Shown: positions 36,932 to 47,300 of the stretch, in pieces | Position numbering within the stretch: the first letter of the stretch is position 1 | Layout of the letters: every line of letters starts with the position of its first letter | From: a virus | Taxonomy: Duplodnaviria; Heunggongvirae; Uroviricota; Caudoviricetes | Direction: 5' to 3' (one strand) | IMG/VR virus record: IMGVR_UViG_3300035182_001709 | DNA: 64,000 bases | Program-made: the position numbers and the translations under genes | The notes under the pieces: generated by a model | Databases searched by the model: none | What the model was told of the DNA's origin: nothing | Seen by the model: only the letters and a program-made list of their open reading frames with translations

Positions 36932-36971
36932 GTCATAACTGTGGACCCTCGCGGCCTCTCGTAAAATCGAG

Positions 36972-37388
36972 TTACAATAGACCTAGGCCCTTCAATTCAC
37001 GCTCTGTGATTACTCGGAGGGCCACGCCGTGATCACGGCACCATATTCCAGCGGCCTCTAGCTTCTTGACAACCGTCGGACGGGTCAACCGCTTGGAAGG
37101 CTTGATTTCGACCACCTCGATGCGACCATCATCATACTCGATCTTGAAGTCTGGGATATAACGGCGAACGCGGCCCGTCTTTTTGTTACTGATGTAGTCG
37201 ATGGTAAATGCCTCGTACCACCAGGTCTTCACTGAAGCCTCACCGTCGAGGTACTCCATGAACTTGAGCTCCCATCCAGAGCGATACTTACACGCCGCGC
37301 CCGTCTTCGTCGAGGTGTATGTCCCCGTGATGTAGTGACCCTTGCGCTTCCGGCGCTTACGCTTGACGGGTGCTTTCTTGGCGGCCAT
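36972..37388 (-). CDS. Head completion nuclease, T4 gp4/TnsA-N-like
   Basis: YRSGWELKFMEYLD, RRYIPDFKIEY, VEIKP PD-(D/E)xK pattern. Confidence 0.82.
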   Translation of the reverse strand: MAAKKAPVKRKRRKRKGHYITGTYTSTKTGAACKYRSGWELKFMEYLDGEASVKTWWYEAFTIDYISNKKTGRVRRYIPDFKIEYDDGRIEVVEIKPSKRLTRPTVVKKLEAAGIWCRDHGVALRVITERELKGLGLL

Positions 37389-37424
37389 CTGTGGATTGTA
37401 TTGCGTCCCACCAGATGAGCAACA

Positions 37425-39932
37425 TCAAAAGTCGATCCCGACTTTGAAAAGAATCCGATCCCCGTGGCGCTTGACGATGGGCTGAGCGAGTTGGGTCTTC
37501 GCCACCACGTTCAAGTTCTCGTCATGAAAATTGAGGCCAGTGATGTAGACGTAATTGGGATCGTTGTCAGTCTTGAAGCCCGAGGCAGGTAGCAGCTTGA
37601 AGTTCGGGTTGGAACTTGAGTTGAGCTGATTTTGGGCCGCAATCACCTCTAGCTTTAGCGAGTGAATCGACTGGACACCTCTAAACGAGACCTCGAAGTG
37701 ATCCTTTCCGTAGAAGTAGAGGTGCGGGTTCTTGATGACAATGATTCCCTCGTCGTAGAAGACGTTGCCCACAGAGTTCCATGTGGATGCTGAGGTGAAG
37801 GTGTCGGCGCGATAGATGTTACCGTTGCCGTCGTCCTTCAGGGTCATCGGCACACGGCCATTTGAGCCAGTCATGCCGCTCTCGTAGAGCTCAAGGGTGC
37901 CAGGCATAATTCTTTGGCCATAGTACAGATTACTGACGTCAAAGAATGTCACCTGGTTGGATGAGGGATCACGAGTACGTTGGTAGATCGTCAGCGGGGC
38001 ATTGTTTTCAACGCCCGGAATGTAAGTGCCCGATGCCACTGATTGAGTTAGCTTACGCATGAACCCAACGTAGGCTCGGCCAGGCTGATTACCCGGTTGC
38101 TCTGGCGTGAACCCGATCAACTCGTCAATGAACCTATCGGCATCTGCGGCCGCCACACCCTCCACGTCTTCAAAGGCGCTGCCAAACAAGATGGAGGCAG
38201 TAGACAGCATGTTGCCTAGGTGAACGTAGCTCAGTTCTTCGACCCCGTCGTCACCGACCATGATGGTCCTAAGGCTCTCGCTCGCCAACAGTTCATAGGC
38301 AGGGATAAAGTTGCCATCGTCGCACGGCAGGATCAGCAAGTTCCTAGCACGGACCTTGGGATCATCGTACAGAAAATCGTTGGCGGCTCGAGCCTCTGTG
38401 GTGTAGTCAATGACCGACGCCGACAGATCGTGAGCCCGAGGGAAGACGTCGCTCGCAAAGTCACGCAGGTAATTTTCAATGTTGATGTAGTGACCATTGA
38501 CGCCGAACGACATGGCCACGTTGAACGGTGACTGCGTGGTGCCGTCGACCTCAAAGAAGGGCGTCTGCATGATGCCACCGTGAGTGCCGACGAACTGCCT
38601 GAAGGGCGATTCCTGAATGAAGAACGGAGGCAAATAGAAGGCGACCAGGTTCCAGTCGAGCAACTTGGGCCCCTGAGACGCAGAAAACACGATGTCATCG
38701 TTGCTCATGTAGAAGCGCTTGAGCGCCACGTCATGAAGTTCAGCATTCAACGGGTGATTGAAGGCTACCGCAGCTGAGATTGGCGCGTCGATTCCAACCG
38801 TGCCATTGAGTTGCGTCAGACCCTCACGGAGGGCCGGATCTGCCGCAAAGAACAATGATTGCTCATTGTTGCCTTTGTTGGTCCCCTCCCAATAGTTGCC
38901 AACGCACAGAACCGATGGCATGCCCTGGGCAGGGTCGCCAAACAACAAGGGCGCCACTGTGCCGCTTGGAATGACGAACAACCCCTTGTCAACGCCGTCA
39001 ATGTTGAAGCTGCCAGTTCCTTGGTTGATGAGACTCGTGCCCCAGCGAACCACCACGTGGTGCCAGCGATTCCACTGCAACGAGTTATCGTCAGACAAGA
39101 ACACAAGATCGTTCGGATAATTTCCTGGCAATGCCTCTGACGGCCGCGTGTCTGCGCTATGGCTCAACTGGAGCAATAGACGATAGCCAAGAGGCCGACC
39201 ATTTTGGTCCTTCGCTGAGCCAGTGACCAACGACAAGGCATAGCACGATGAAACGTGCATGATGGTGCCAGCCTTGAACTGGCCATTGGGCTCCTCTGTC
39301 TGGTAACGTGGATTGATGTAGAAATCGAACGAGAATGAACCACTCAATGAGTAATTGAGCGCCACGTAACCCTCGTGAGCCTGGTCGCTCATAGAGACAT
39401 CGTAGTTCGGATACAACAGCACTGAACTCGTCGGAACAGAAGATGCGGTGAAGAAGTTCAGGGAGTTGTAGTTGGAGTAGGCCCAGTGCGCCGACGGGTA
39501 CGACGTCCTGTAGTATTTCATCAAGATGTCCTTGACGATCAACTTCCTCGTGGTGTTTGAGCTGAAGTTGACGGAAGGCGTGAACCTGATGATGTCGAGA
39601 ATCTTCTGCTTACGCGCTGAGATCGCCTGGCTGTCGACCTTGGACAAGTAGTCATCCAGCATCCCAGGAAACTTCTCTGCGATGGTACTGACGTACTTAG
39701 CCAGACGCCCCAGCATCGTCAACTGACCGATGGTTGCGTTGAGGTCAGAATCGTCTTTCGTCGCATCAACGAACCCGGGTAGGGAGGTGACGTCTTTTTC
39801 GATCGACGACCGTCGAGCAAAAACGTGAACTGACCCAGTCACGCCCATCGACGACGAGGAATATTGCCTAATCGGATTGGCGATGACGCTGAACGACTCT
39901 AGGTCGTTCTGGCTAACGGGGGTGAGTGACAT
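37425..39932 (-). CDS. Large virion (baseplate/tail) protein with LamG-like domain
   Basis: FSFDFYINP...WNRWHHVVVRW...FNIDG LamG segment; C-terminal VAKTQLAQPIVK...FKVGIDF paralogous to the 40170 gene. Confidence 0.7.
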   Translation of the reverse strand: MSLTPVSQNDLESFSVIANPIRQYSSSSMGVTGSVHVFARRSSIEKDVTSLPGFVDATKDDSDLNATIGQLTMLGRLAKYVSTIAEKFPGMLDDYLSKVDSQAISARKQKILDIIRFTPSVNFSSNTTRKLIVKDILMKYYRTSYPSAHWAYSNYNSLNFFTASSVPTSSVLLYPNYDVSMSDQAHEGYVALNYSLSGSFSFDFYINPRYQTEEPNGQFKAGTIMHVSSCYALSLVTGSAKDQNGRPLGYRLLLQLSHSADTRPSEALPGNYPNDLVFLSDDNSLQWNRWHHVVVRWGTSLINQGTGSFNIDGVDKGLFVIPSGTVAPLLFGDPAQGMPSVLCVGNYWEGTNKGNNEQSLFFAADPALREGLTQLNGTVGIDAPISAAVAFNHPLNAELHDVALKRFYMSNDDIVFSASQGPKLLDWNLVAFYLPPFFIQESPFRQFVGTHGGIMQTPFFEVDGTTQSPFNVAMSFGVNGHYINIENYLRDFASDVFPRAHDLSASVIDYTTEARAANDFLYDDPKVRARNLLILPCDDGNFIPAYELLASESLRTIMVGDDGVEELSYVHLGNMLSTASILFGSAFEDVEGVAAADADRFIDELIGFTPEQPGNQPGRAYVGFMRKLTQSVASGTYIPGVENNAPLTIYQRTRDPSSNQVTFFDVSNLYYGQRIMPGTLELYESGMTGSNGRVPMTLKDDGNGNIYRADTFTSASTWNSVGNVFYDEGIIVIKNPHLYFYGKDHFEVSFRGVQSIHSLKLEVIAAQNQLNSSSNPNFKLLPASGFKTDNDPNYVYITGLNFHDENLNVVAKTQLAQPIVKRHGDRILFKVGIDF

Positions 39933-39982
39933 TCCTGCTCCTCATCATAACTATACCCCGTTGCATCGGGGGCCTCAGTCCG

Positions 39983-40120
39983 TCAGATGTTGCAGATGAC
40001 ACACTGGTTGGTCACCTGGCCATGTCGTGCCGTGGAACATTTGACTGAACAGAACTTCTTGTCCTTCTTGTAAGACTCGAAGGGCTTTAAACACGTTTGG
40101 CATGTGTATTGATAACGCAT
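39983..40120 (-). pseudogene. 45-aa zinc-finger remnant, probably a truncated homing endonuclease N-terminus
   Basis: MRYQYTCQTCLKPF...KKFCSVKC...CVICNI*; stops just after a second CxxC; not in the ORF track. Confidence 0.6.
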
Positions 40121-40169
40121 GCCAAATCGTACAACTTTCTGTTTGACTGCTTACCAGTCGAGAATCATC

Positions 40170-41438
40170 CTAGAAGTCAAGTCTGACACGGAGCGTGAGA
40201 TCCCTCTCAGGCGACTTCTCCACCGGCCTCGACAGCTTAGCCACCGCCAACAGGTTATCGTTGGCATCGTAGAGACCAACTGAAGTGATGAAGGTGAACG
40301 TCTGCTGCGTGTCTTCCTGACCCGGGTCAATGACGACGATTCGATTGTCAGCGTCAGTGAACGTCGGGTTGGACGAGTAGTTGAACTCGTCGGCGCCGGC
40401 GCGGCAGAAGATCAAAGTGCTGTTGATATTCGTCACGTTTTGGAACGTGATTGCTGACTGTGAGCCAGAACCAAATCGACACGCGGCGATGTGGTCGACG
40501 ATGTTATCGATCGACGCAGAGACGACAAAGTCAGGAATGAACTTCTCGGCAAAGTTGGCCTGCCGGCCCGTCTCGGTGTGCGGGTCACCCAGTGTGATCC
40601 TACCCAACGGGTGCATTGCGTCGATGACGCCCGACATGAACTGTGAGCCAGACGTGATCTTGGCCATGTCAAGGACCATGATGCCACGGTCGTAGAACAT
40701 CAGGCCGACTGACCGATTGGTGTTTGCAGAATCGACAATATTACCGACCTGACCGCCAAACGCCGTCAACTTGTTGGTCGACGCACCGATGTCGGTGTAA
40801 ATCGCTGACCCTGAGGTCGAGGTGACATTGAGATTAGTGACGCCCGGATTATCGCCGTAGCCATTGAGCTGCGGTGGCACGTCAATGCTGGAGCCATTAG
40901 GACCGACCGCGACGAACGAGGCCGACTGATAGAACCGCATCGCCATCGTCTCACGTTTGATCTGATCGCGTGCAAACAAACGCTTGAAGGCGATGAACAA
41001 CGCCACGTCCATCGAGTCCGACACGCCAGTCGAATCAAAGGGCGCCTTGAACGTCTGTGTCGAATCACCCAACAAAGCTTGCGAGAACTGACGATAGACG
41101 TCCAACTTTTCACGCATCATCAGTGAAGATGATGGGAACAGTTCCTTACCCGCTGCGTCGGTGCCCAACTGGCTCGACCGTGCCGTGGTGCCGCCAGGCA
41201 AGATTCCCAGCGTCATGTCGAAGATCGGGTTCGCTGTCTGCAGACTGAAGTCCTGATCATAGACGGTCTGAAACAGCGAGCTGGTCACGCCAGGACCAAT
41301 GCCGCCAGTGACGAAGACCTGGTACTTGCGCCGCGAAACTGAACCGCTGATGTCCTCCTGAAGGACGTCGATGAGCTGGTTCAGAAATGAGCGTGCCGTC
41401 TTGATGTCGCTCGGAAGGATTTCCTTGAAAATTGCCAT
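40170..41438 (-). CDS. Virion structural (baseplate/tail) protein
   Basis: FNYSSNPTF...ITSVGLYDANDNLLAVAKLSRPVEK...RVRLDF C-terminal module. Confidence 0.7.
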   Translation of the reverse strand: MAIFKEILPSDIKTARSFLNQLIDVLQEDISGSVSRRKYQVFVTGGIGPGVTSSLFQTVYDQDFSLQTANPIFDMTLGILPGGTTARSSQLGTDAAGKELFPSSSLMMREKLDVYRQFSQALLGDSTQTFKAPFDSTGVSDSMDVALFIAFKRLFARDQIKRETMAMRFYQSASFVAVGPNGSSIDVPPQLNGYGDNPGVTNLNVTSTSGSAIYTDIGASTNKLTAFGGQVGNIVDSANTNRSVGLMFYDRGIMVLDMAKITSGSQFMSGVIDAMHPLGRITLGDPHTETGRQANFAEKFIPDFVVSASIDNIVDHIAACRFGSGSQSAITFQNVTNINSTLIFCRAGADEFNYSSNPTFTDADNRIVVIDPGQEDTQQTFTFITSVGLYDANDNLLAVAKLSRPVEKSPERDLTLRVRLDF

Positions 41439-41455
41439 GGGTCAGTGGGCTCCGA

Positions 41456-42172
41456 TCACAGATTCTTGTCGATGATGACGGTGATGTCCTTGACGGCACC
41501 TGACTGGACGCCTGTGATCTTGATGTAGGTCTTGATCTTCGACTTGTTGGCCGTGCTGCCGTAGACCGAGAACAAGGCGTCGGTCAGTGACTTGACCGAG
41601 AGGGTGAACTGGACGCTCGACCCGCCATATGCGTTCTCAGTCGGTGAACGGGTGAGGATGTAGGTCGCACGCTGCTGGCCGTCGACATTTTCAGGCGTGT
41701 TGCGGAGGACCTGGCAGAAGAGGTTCGGCACCTCAATGATGAACGTTTGGTCGCGGAGTTCAACGTCGATCGAAGTCTCGTTCTTGATGACCTGTTCCAA
41801 CGTCATGGTCGACGTCTTCTGCTGATTACGACCCAGGGTCACCACAGCATTCAGACCGTCAACGTTAGCATCGCCAGACAGGCTCAACGCAGGCAGCCTC
41901 AACAGGTTGGGGTTTGAGACGCTGATCAACTTGAACTTCTGCGAGTGTTGCTGATTAGTCAACGCCTCGAAGATCGGCGTGTTCTTCTCGATCTTTTCAC
42001 GGCCAACGGTACGACCATACTTCGAGATGATCCCATAGTTTACCTCATCGTCACCAAGAGCAAACTTGTGTAGTGAAAAGCTGCCGTCATTGCGGGCCAG
42101 GAACTGGCGCCCTACGTCAGTTAGCACAGCGTCGAGGATGATATTGTTAGTTGAATGATCAAGGAACCCCAT
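41456..42172 (-). CDS. Virion structural protein
   Basis: MGFLDHSTNNIILDAVLTDVGRQFLA...KFALGDDEVNY; N-terminus paralogous to the 50851 gene. Confidence 0.7.
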   Translation of the reverse strand: MGFLDHSTNNIILDAVLTDVGRQFLARNDGSFSLHKFALGDDEVNYGIISKYGRTVGREKIEKNTPIFEALTNQQHSQKFKLISVSNPNLLRLPALSLSGDANVDGLNAVVTLGRNQQKTSTMTLEQVIKNETSIDVELRDQTFIIEVPNLFCQVLRNTPENVDGQQRATYILTRSPTENAYGGSSVQFTLSVKSLTDALFSVYGSTANKSKIKTYIKITGVQSGAVKDITVIIDKNL

Positions 42173-42175
42173 GCG

Positions 42176-42361
42176 TCACCGTGCCTCTTTTTGTTCTTCT
42201 GCGTAACGCCAGAAATAGCCAGCGTGTGATTCTCGTATACCTCGGCAACAATCACCAGTGCGATCCTTGTGACCGTTAACGGCTTGTGCAGCTTCTTTCA
42301 TTGAAGCGTAAGTAGTTAGCGCAGTCCCGTTCAGAACATTGCGAACCTCATACACGATCAT
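42176..42361 (-). CDS. Stand-alone NUMOD1-like DNA-binding domain (homing endonuclease remnant)
   Basis: TYASMKEAAQAV...DCCRGIRESHAGYFWRY matches the NUMOD1/IENR1 pattern. Confidence 0.7.
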   Translation of the reverse strand: MIVYEVRNVLNGTALTTYASMKEAAQAVNGHKDRTGDCCRGIRESHAGYFWRYAEEQKEAR

Positions 42362-42448
42362 GGTGATCTAGCCTTTACGTATTGCTCTATGGCGAGAAAC
42401 TGCCCATCGACATCTGAATCCTACTTTTCACAGTGCGTCCGTAAACGA

Positions 42449-44356
42449 TCATCCCTTGACTTGCTTAGGCACGTTGAAGACGAACTTGGGGAACGTCAGT
42501 TTGGGCTGCGCCGCCCTAACGCGGTCATCGATGGCGACAGTCAGTTTTTGACTCTTCTGATTGTCAGCATTGATGAATTGAAAGACGTATGATCCATGTG
42601 TCTGCTTGGTCGACAAGATCCGATGTGCACGTTCCTGATCATCCTCAAGGATGTAGTACTCAGGGTTGAAGAACAAACGCAGTGTTTTAGAGTGAGGACC
42701 TGAAACACGAGCCACGTTGACAAAGCCTTCTCCTTCCAGATAGAGGTTCGGATAAGGCTTGGGAGCACCAGCGTGAGAAATCAGCGACTTCACCAACTGG
42801 TTTTTGAAGACATCGAACGACAGCTGAAACTGTGCTCCATAGCACGAGGTTAGACCGTGAGCGTCAATGCAACAGACGGTGTAGATGTACTTCGAAGACT
42901 TAGTGAAGTCATCGTCAACATAGAACCTACACGGTGAAGTCAGGTGTTCAACGAGGTGTGGCTCAGGTCGCTCGTGATCGTCAGCCCTGACTGCAGAATC
43001 ATCGAAGTCGTATTCCTTCAACAACTCAAAGGGTTGATCTGTCGTCACACGGCGGAAAACTTGAAACCTCTTGACGTCACGCTGCGAATTGGGTGGGAAT
43101 GCCCAGTGCATCATCAACTTCTCGGTCTCATAGTTCCAGACGAAGTTGATGTCAGACGGTGGCGGTGGTGCTGTGTCATCAACGATCTTGATGTCAACCT
43201 TGTTAGAAGGCTTCGACGACACCAGTACTTGAATCGTGGCAATATCACCCGTATCATGATCAATGGCCGGAAGGTGGAACAGCGCAATCGTCCTGATCGT
43301 GTACGAGTACTGCTGATTGTACTTGACGGCCACGTCCAGCGCCCTGTGCACCTCGGGGTGCTCAACGATGATGGGTTGAAGTTGCTTGACTGACCCGTCG
43401 TCAGCAATCTCGTACTTGTCAATAATGAAGCCTACCAGTTCAGCGTTCATGCGCTGCACGTGGTGCGACGTTGGGTCGACACGAAGGTTAACGTACGGGA
43501 CGATGACCTTGAACTCCTCGTCATTGATCGTCAAGTTAAGGCGCTTCTTGACAGAGTTGCCGAGCTTGCGACTGACAAAGTGCAACGATCCTGCATCCAA
43601 TGGGAAAGGTGAGTGTGGGTCCTTGATGACGCGGTTGGTTACGTCATGGAACAACTTCGAATTGATCTGCGAGTGCAGGTAGACGTGCTTCAGACGATTG
43701 AAGTACTGCCGATAGAGAACCTGAGCACCTGGAATAGTATGCATTGTGACGCCGCCAGCGGCGTCATAGTGTCGGGCTCCGAACGCACTGTGCGGCTGGA
43801 TCATGGCCCGTGAGATGAAGTGAGGATTGATCCTGCTGGGCACTTGACGTTGTAGGGCCAACGAGGCCTTGTGAACGCTGAGGCCAGGGTCCTTCGGCGT
43901 CTCGAGAGTCAACTGTTCATAGCTGCCCGAGACAAAGTTGTAGACCTTGTCGTCAATCGAACCATCGTGAAACGTGACAGCCAGATAGTTGTATGACGAG
44001 AAGTGATCCTCGTCAACGATTTTGTCAAGATTGTCAGCAATCAGCCTGGGCAGCGTCGGCGGGCGCTGACTGTGTTTTCGGACATCACTCTCGATAAGTT
44101 GTCCGCCAGGCGCCTGAAGCCTCGGCTTGTTCCAACTGAATGCCACGTATCGCGGGACCCGCGTCGTCAAGTATTGTGAATTGAATGCGTCCACGCTGTC
44201 ATCTGCAATGCGCTGCAATTCAAGCTGTGGAATGCCACTACTCTCCTTGACCTGCTCGTCAGGAGTGAAGAAATTGTAGTGAAACGTTGCCTTGAAGTTT
44301 TTGACCTCAGGAACGTCAACTGTGTAGATTTCCTTTGAAGGCAACGAAACTGACAT
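42449..44356 (-). CDS. Putative virion protein with Fn3/Ig-like C-terminal repeats
   Basis: 635 aa; PPPPSDINF.WNY...WAFP...FQVFRR...YIYTV pattern. Confidence 0.6.
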   Translation of the reverse strand: MSVSLPSKEIYTVDVPEVKNFKATFHYNFFTPDEQVKESSGIPQLELQRIADDSVDAFNSQYLTTRVPRYVAFSWNKPRLQAPGGQLIESDVRKHSQRPPTLPRLIADNLDKIVDEDHFSSYNYLAVTFHDGSIDDKVYNFVSGSYEQLTLETPKDPGLSVHKASLALQRQVPSRINPHFISRAMIQPHSAFGARHYDAAGGVTMHTIPGAQVLYRQYFNRLKHVYLHSQINSKLFHDVTNRVIKDPHSPFPLDAGSLHFVSRKLGNSVKKRLNLTINDEEFKVIVPYVNLRVDPTSHHVQRMNAELVGFIIDKYEIADDGSVKQLQPIIVEHPEVHRALDVAVKYNQQYSYTIRTIALFHLPAIDHDTGDIATIQVLVSSKPSNKVDIKIVDDTAPPPPSDINFVWNYETEKLMMHWAFPPNSQRDVKRFQVFRRVTTDQPFELLKEYDFDDSAVRADDHERPEPHLVEHLTSPCRFYVDDDFTKSSKYIYTVCCIDAHGLTSCYGAQFQLSFDVFKNQLVKSLISHAGAPKPYPNLYLEGEGFVNVARVSGPHSKTLRLFFNPEYYILEDDQERAHRILSTKQTHGSYVFQFINADNQKSQKLTVAIDDRVRAAQPKLTFPKFVFNVPKQVKG

Positions 44357-47300
44357 CAGGCCTGGTCCTCTCCAACTGTCTCGACAGAGACAATGTACTT
44401 CTCGAAGATCAAGTCGCCCTCTGCGTTATCGCGGCGCCGCTGGACATACGTCAGTTCCGGTCTGAGGCTGGCGTTTCCCAACCTGAGACTAGTCATAGAA
44501 GCCGTGGGCTCAATTTCGCCTTGCTTGATCATCAGTTCCAGCGCCTGCTTCCCATGGGGTGTGGCCTGCGTCTTTGACACGTCAATCTCGAACGAATAAG
44601 GATCGACCAAGAGGTTGAACACTCGATCGAACTGTTTCGGATTGATGATGCGCTGCGAAATTGCCAGAGGGTCTGCAAGAGGCGTGGTCATCCGCGAAAA
44701 CTCATTCAGAACACCGAAAGAGTTCACCAGCAGCGGAGCGTCAGACTCCGGCAGGCCCGCCAGCACCGTGTCTGTCGACGACAACAACGTGTTTTCAGAT
44801 GACCTCACGTTGGGCGTCAAGTCAGAAAATCCTGACAATGCGACAGTAGTAGACAGCCCGGCAATTCCCGCAGAATTTGCTAGGTACCTCTGTGTGCCTC
44901 CTCCCGCAGCCCGAGACACGAACCCGCCTTTGGCAGAACCCTTCGATGCACCCTGGGTCGAGCCGAAAAAGATTCCACTGCGGTTGATTCCATCGAGTCC
45001 CTGTTGTTTGATCGCTGAAACGTGATTGACGTAGTGGTTGAGCAACAGGTTGACGAAGTCGGACTCCACCTGCGGCGGTGGATCGACCATGTCGAAGTGA
45101 TAATCAGCGGTCGAAATGCCAGTCATTGTCCGCAGGTAAACCTCCAACAAATAACTGAACACGTGATTGACGTAGAGTTGATCCTTCTCTTGGCGCGTCA
45201 AGAAGTCATAGTCTTCGCCGTCCAACGCCTCAACCTCGTTGTCAGAACTACGAATGTACTGCACACTGCCGCCCGATGAAAATGCCTGGCTGGCGTCTCG
45301 TGTCGGGAATCTTGAGACAATGTCGAACTTGGACACTCCCGGACTGTCTTTGACATAGACATCATTCCTGACAGGAAACCGTGACAGCTCAAACATGAAC
45401 CGCTGCGGTTTATAGACAATGTCGGGATTCTGCATGTCGACCTTGTAGACGGCGATATTCACCACGTCGTTCTGGCGGACATCAAACGAGGTCTTCTTCA
45501 ACTTCTTGATGTCGACCTTCTGCTGCAGGTGTCTGGAGAAGCCTAGTGGGATTCCGACAGTCAAGATCTTTCTCGAGGCTGCTGATGCCTGCGTGAACTC
45601 ATCAGTCGACAACATGTCGTCGATCGCCCGTCTGATCTTGGGAGTGATCTCAGCATCATCGAGGGCGATCAATTCATCGTCTGAGTCAAATTCACCGTCA
45701 CCGTTGATGTCGCCAGGTTCGTTGCCCGTCCTCGAGTGACCCGCCAACGCAGACCTAAGGTCAGCAACGTTACTCGACAGCAACCTGATCTGTTGCTCGC
45801 TCAGCAACATATGCAACATGCTGGGGTCACTAAGTAGCCCAGTGACCTTCTGCAATTCCGCCAGCGACTCAGGACCGTTCAGATAGTTGATGACATTGTT
45901 AACAGAATTAATCAACTTCGTCAAGCTATTCATGACGGTGAAGCTGCACGTCTCTGACAACATGATCTCGCGACCCAAGCGTTGATCGACCTCCAGGACT
46001 GAGTTCGTGTGACTCACGTGACGTGCATCAATGATCAATTGCGTCTGGCCTTGGTCAATGTGCTGACCCACCACGTGACGATCGCCATAGAGGTCGATGA
46101 ATGACGTGAAGATGTCAACGATCGACATAAAGATGACGGTATCAGGGTGACCGCCGTACCTCGTGACCGAACCATTGAAGACTGCATTGTTCCTCTTGAA
46201 CGTTGCCAACAGGCGACCCATCATCGAGATCACGGCAGCCAAGAAGTGGCCACTGCCCGTCTTCAACGCAGTCCTGACGGTCTCAATGTTGACAGTACGC
46301 TGATCCTTTCCCGACGTGGGCTTGCGGGCGGCGTGGCTCTGATTCGTTGTTCCCAACAAGGTCGTAGACGTCTGCTTGGTTGCAGAGATGAGCTGCTTCA
46401 CGATCAGATCGACCAAGGCATCAGATGTGGGAGTGTTGTCCTGATCAAGCGCCGCATCGAAGAACTCTACGTTGTGAAGGTAAGCTTTCGACATCTTGGT
46501 GACCACGTAGAGCAACAGCAGTGAACGTAGTCGAGTGTCTGACTGAGCGACTGTAAACAATGGTAGCAGTGGATCATTTGCGATTTCAGGCGTCAAGCCC
46601 ACCGCATCCGACGTCATCATCTCAGCGCGAATCTCATCAAACAACGAACGAGGATTTGCGATCAGCGACGCAAACTTGCCTGCGCTGTTGGAGTACTGAT
46701 CGACGTACTCAGACTGCAGTAGATCAAGACCGTCGACGATGACATTGAAGTTCGTCAGTGCGTTCTGCAGTACATCACGAAACTCAATCAACCTAGTCAC
46801 ATCATAGCGATTCCCATGTGTAAGCAATACAGAATCGACATAGTAGCTGCTGCCCGGGGTCAACGTGCCGGTGTCACCTTCCACGTACCGCGACTCAAAA
46901 GGCAACACCGCCACATTTTGTGCAACTTGTTGCTGCGCAAGAGAGGCTAGCGTCTTGGACTGAAGTGCCGGAAAGTCTGTGATGTTGCTACCAAACTGTC
47001 CGACCACCCGATCGAACATCTGCAGATTGCCTTGCGGGCTGACCTGATAACCGTAGTAGCTCTGCAATGATTTCTGAACCTCGGGCTTCGACAGACCCAA
47101 AGAATACCTGTGCTCCCGCGACAGGGCATTGATCAAGCATGCCAGTTGCATCTCACGGTGCTTGAACGACACGCCTTGATAAATTGTGTTGTAGCTCGAA
47201 ATTAGAGAGTTGACGTACTGCGGGATCTGCGGCGGCTGCATCTGCGTGATTGAGTCGAGGCTTGGCAGCGTTGGGAGGACCGCGGTGTAGTCGAAGCGCT

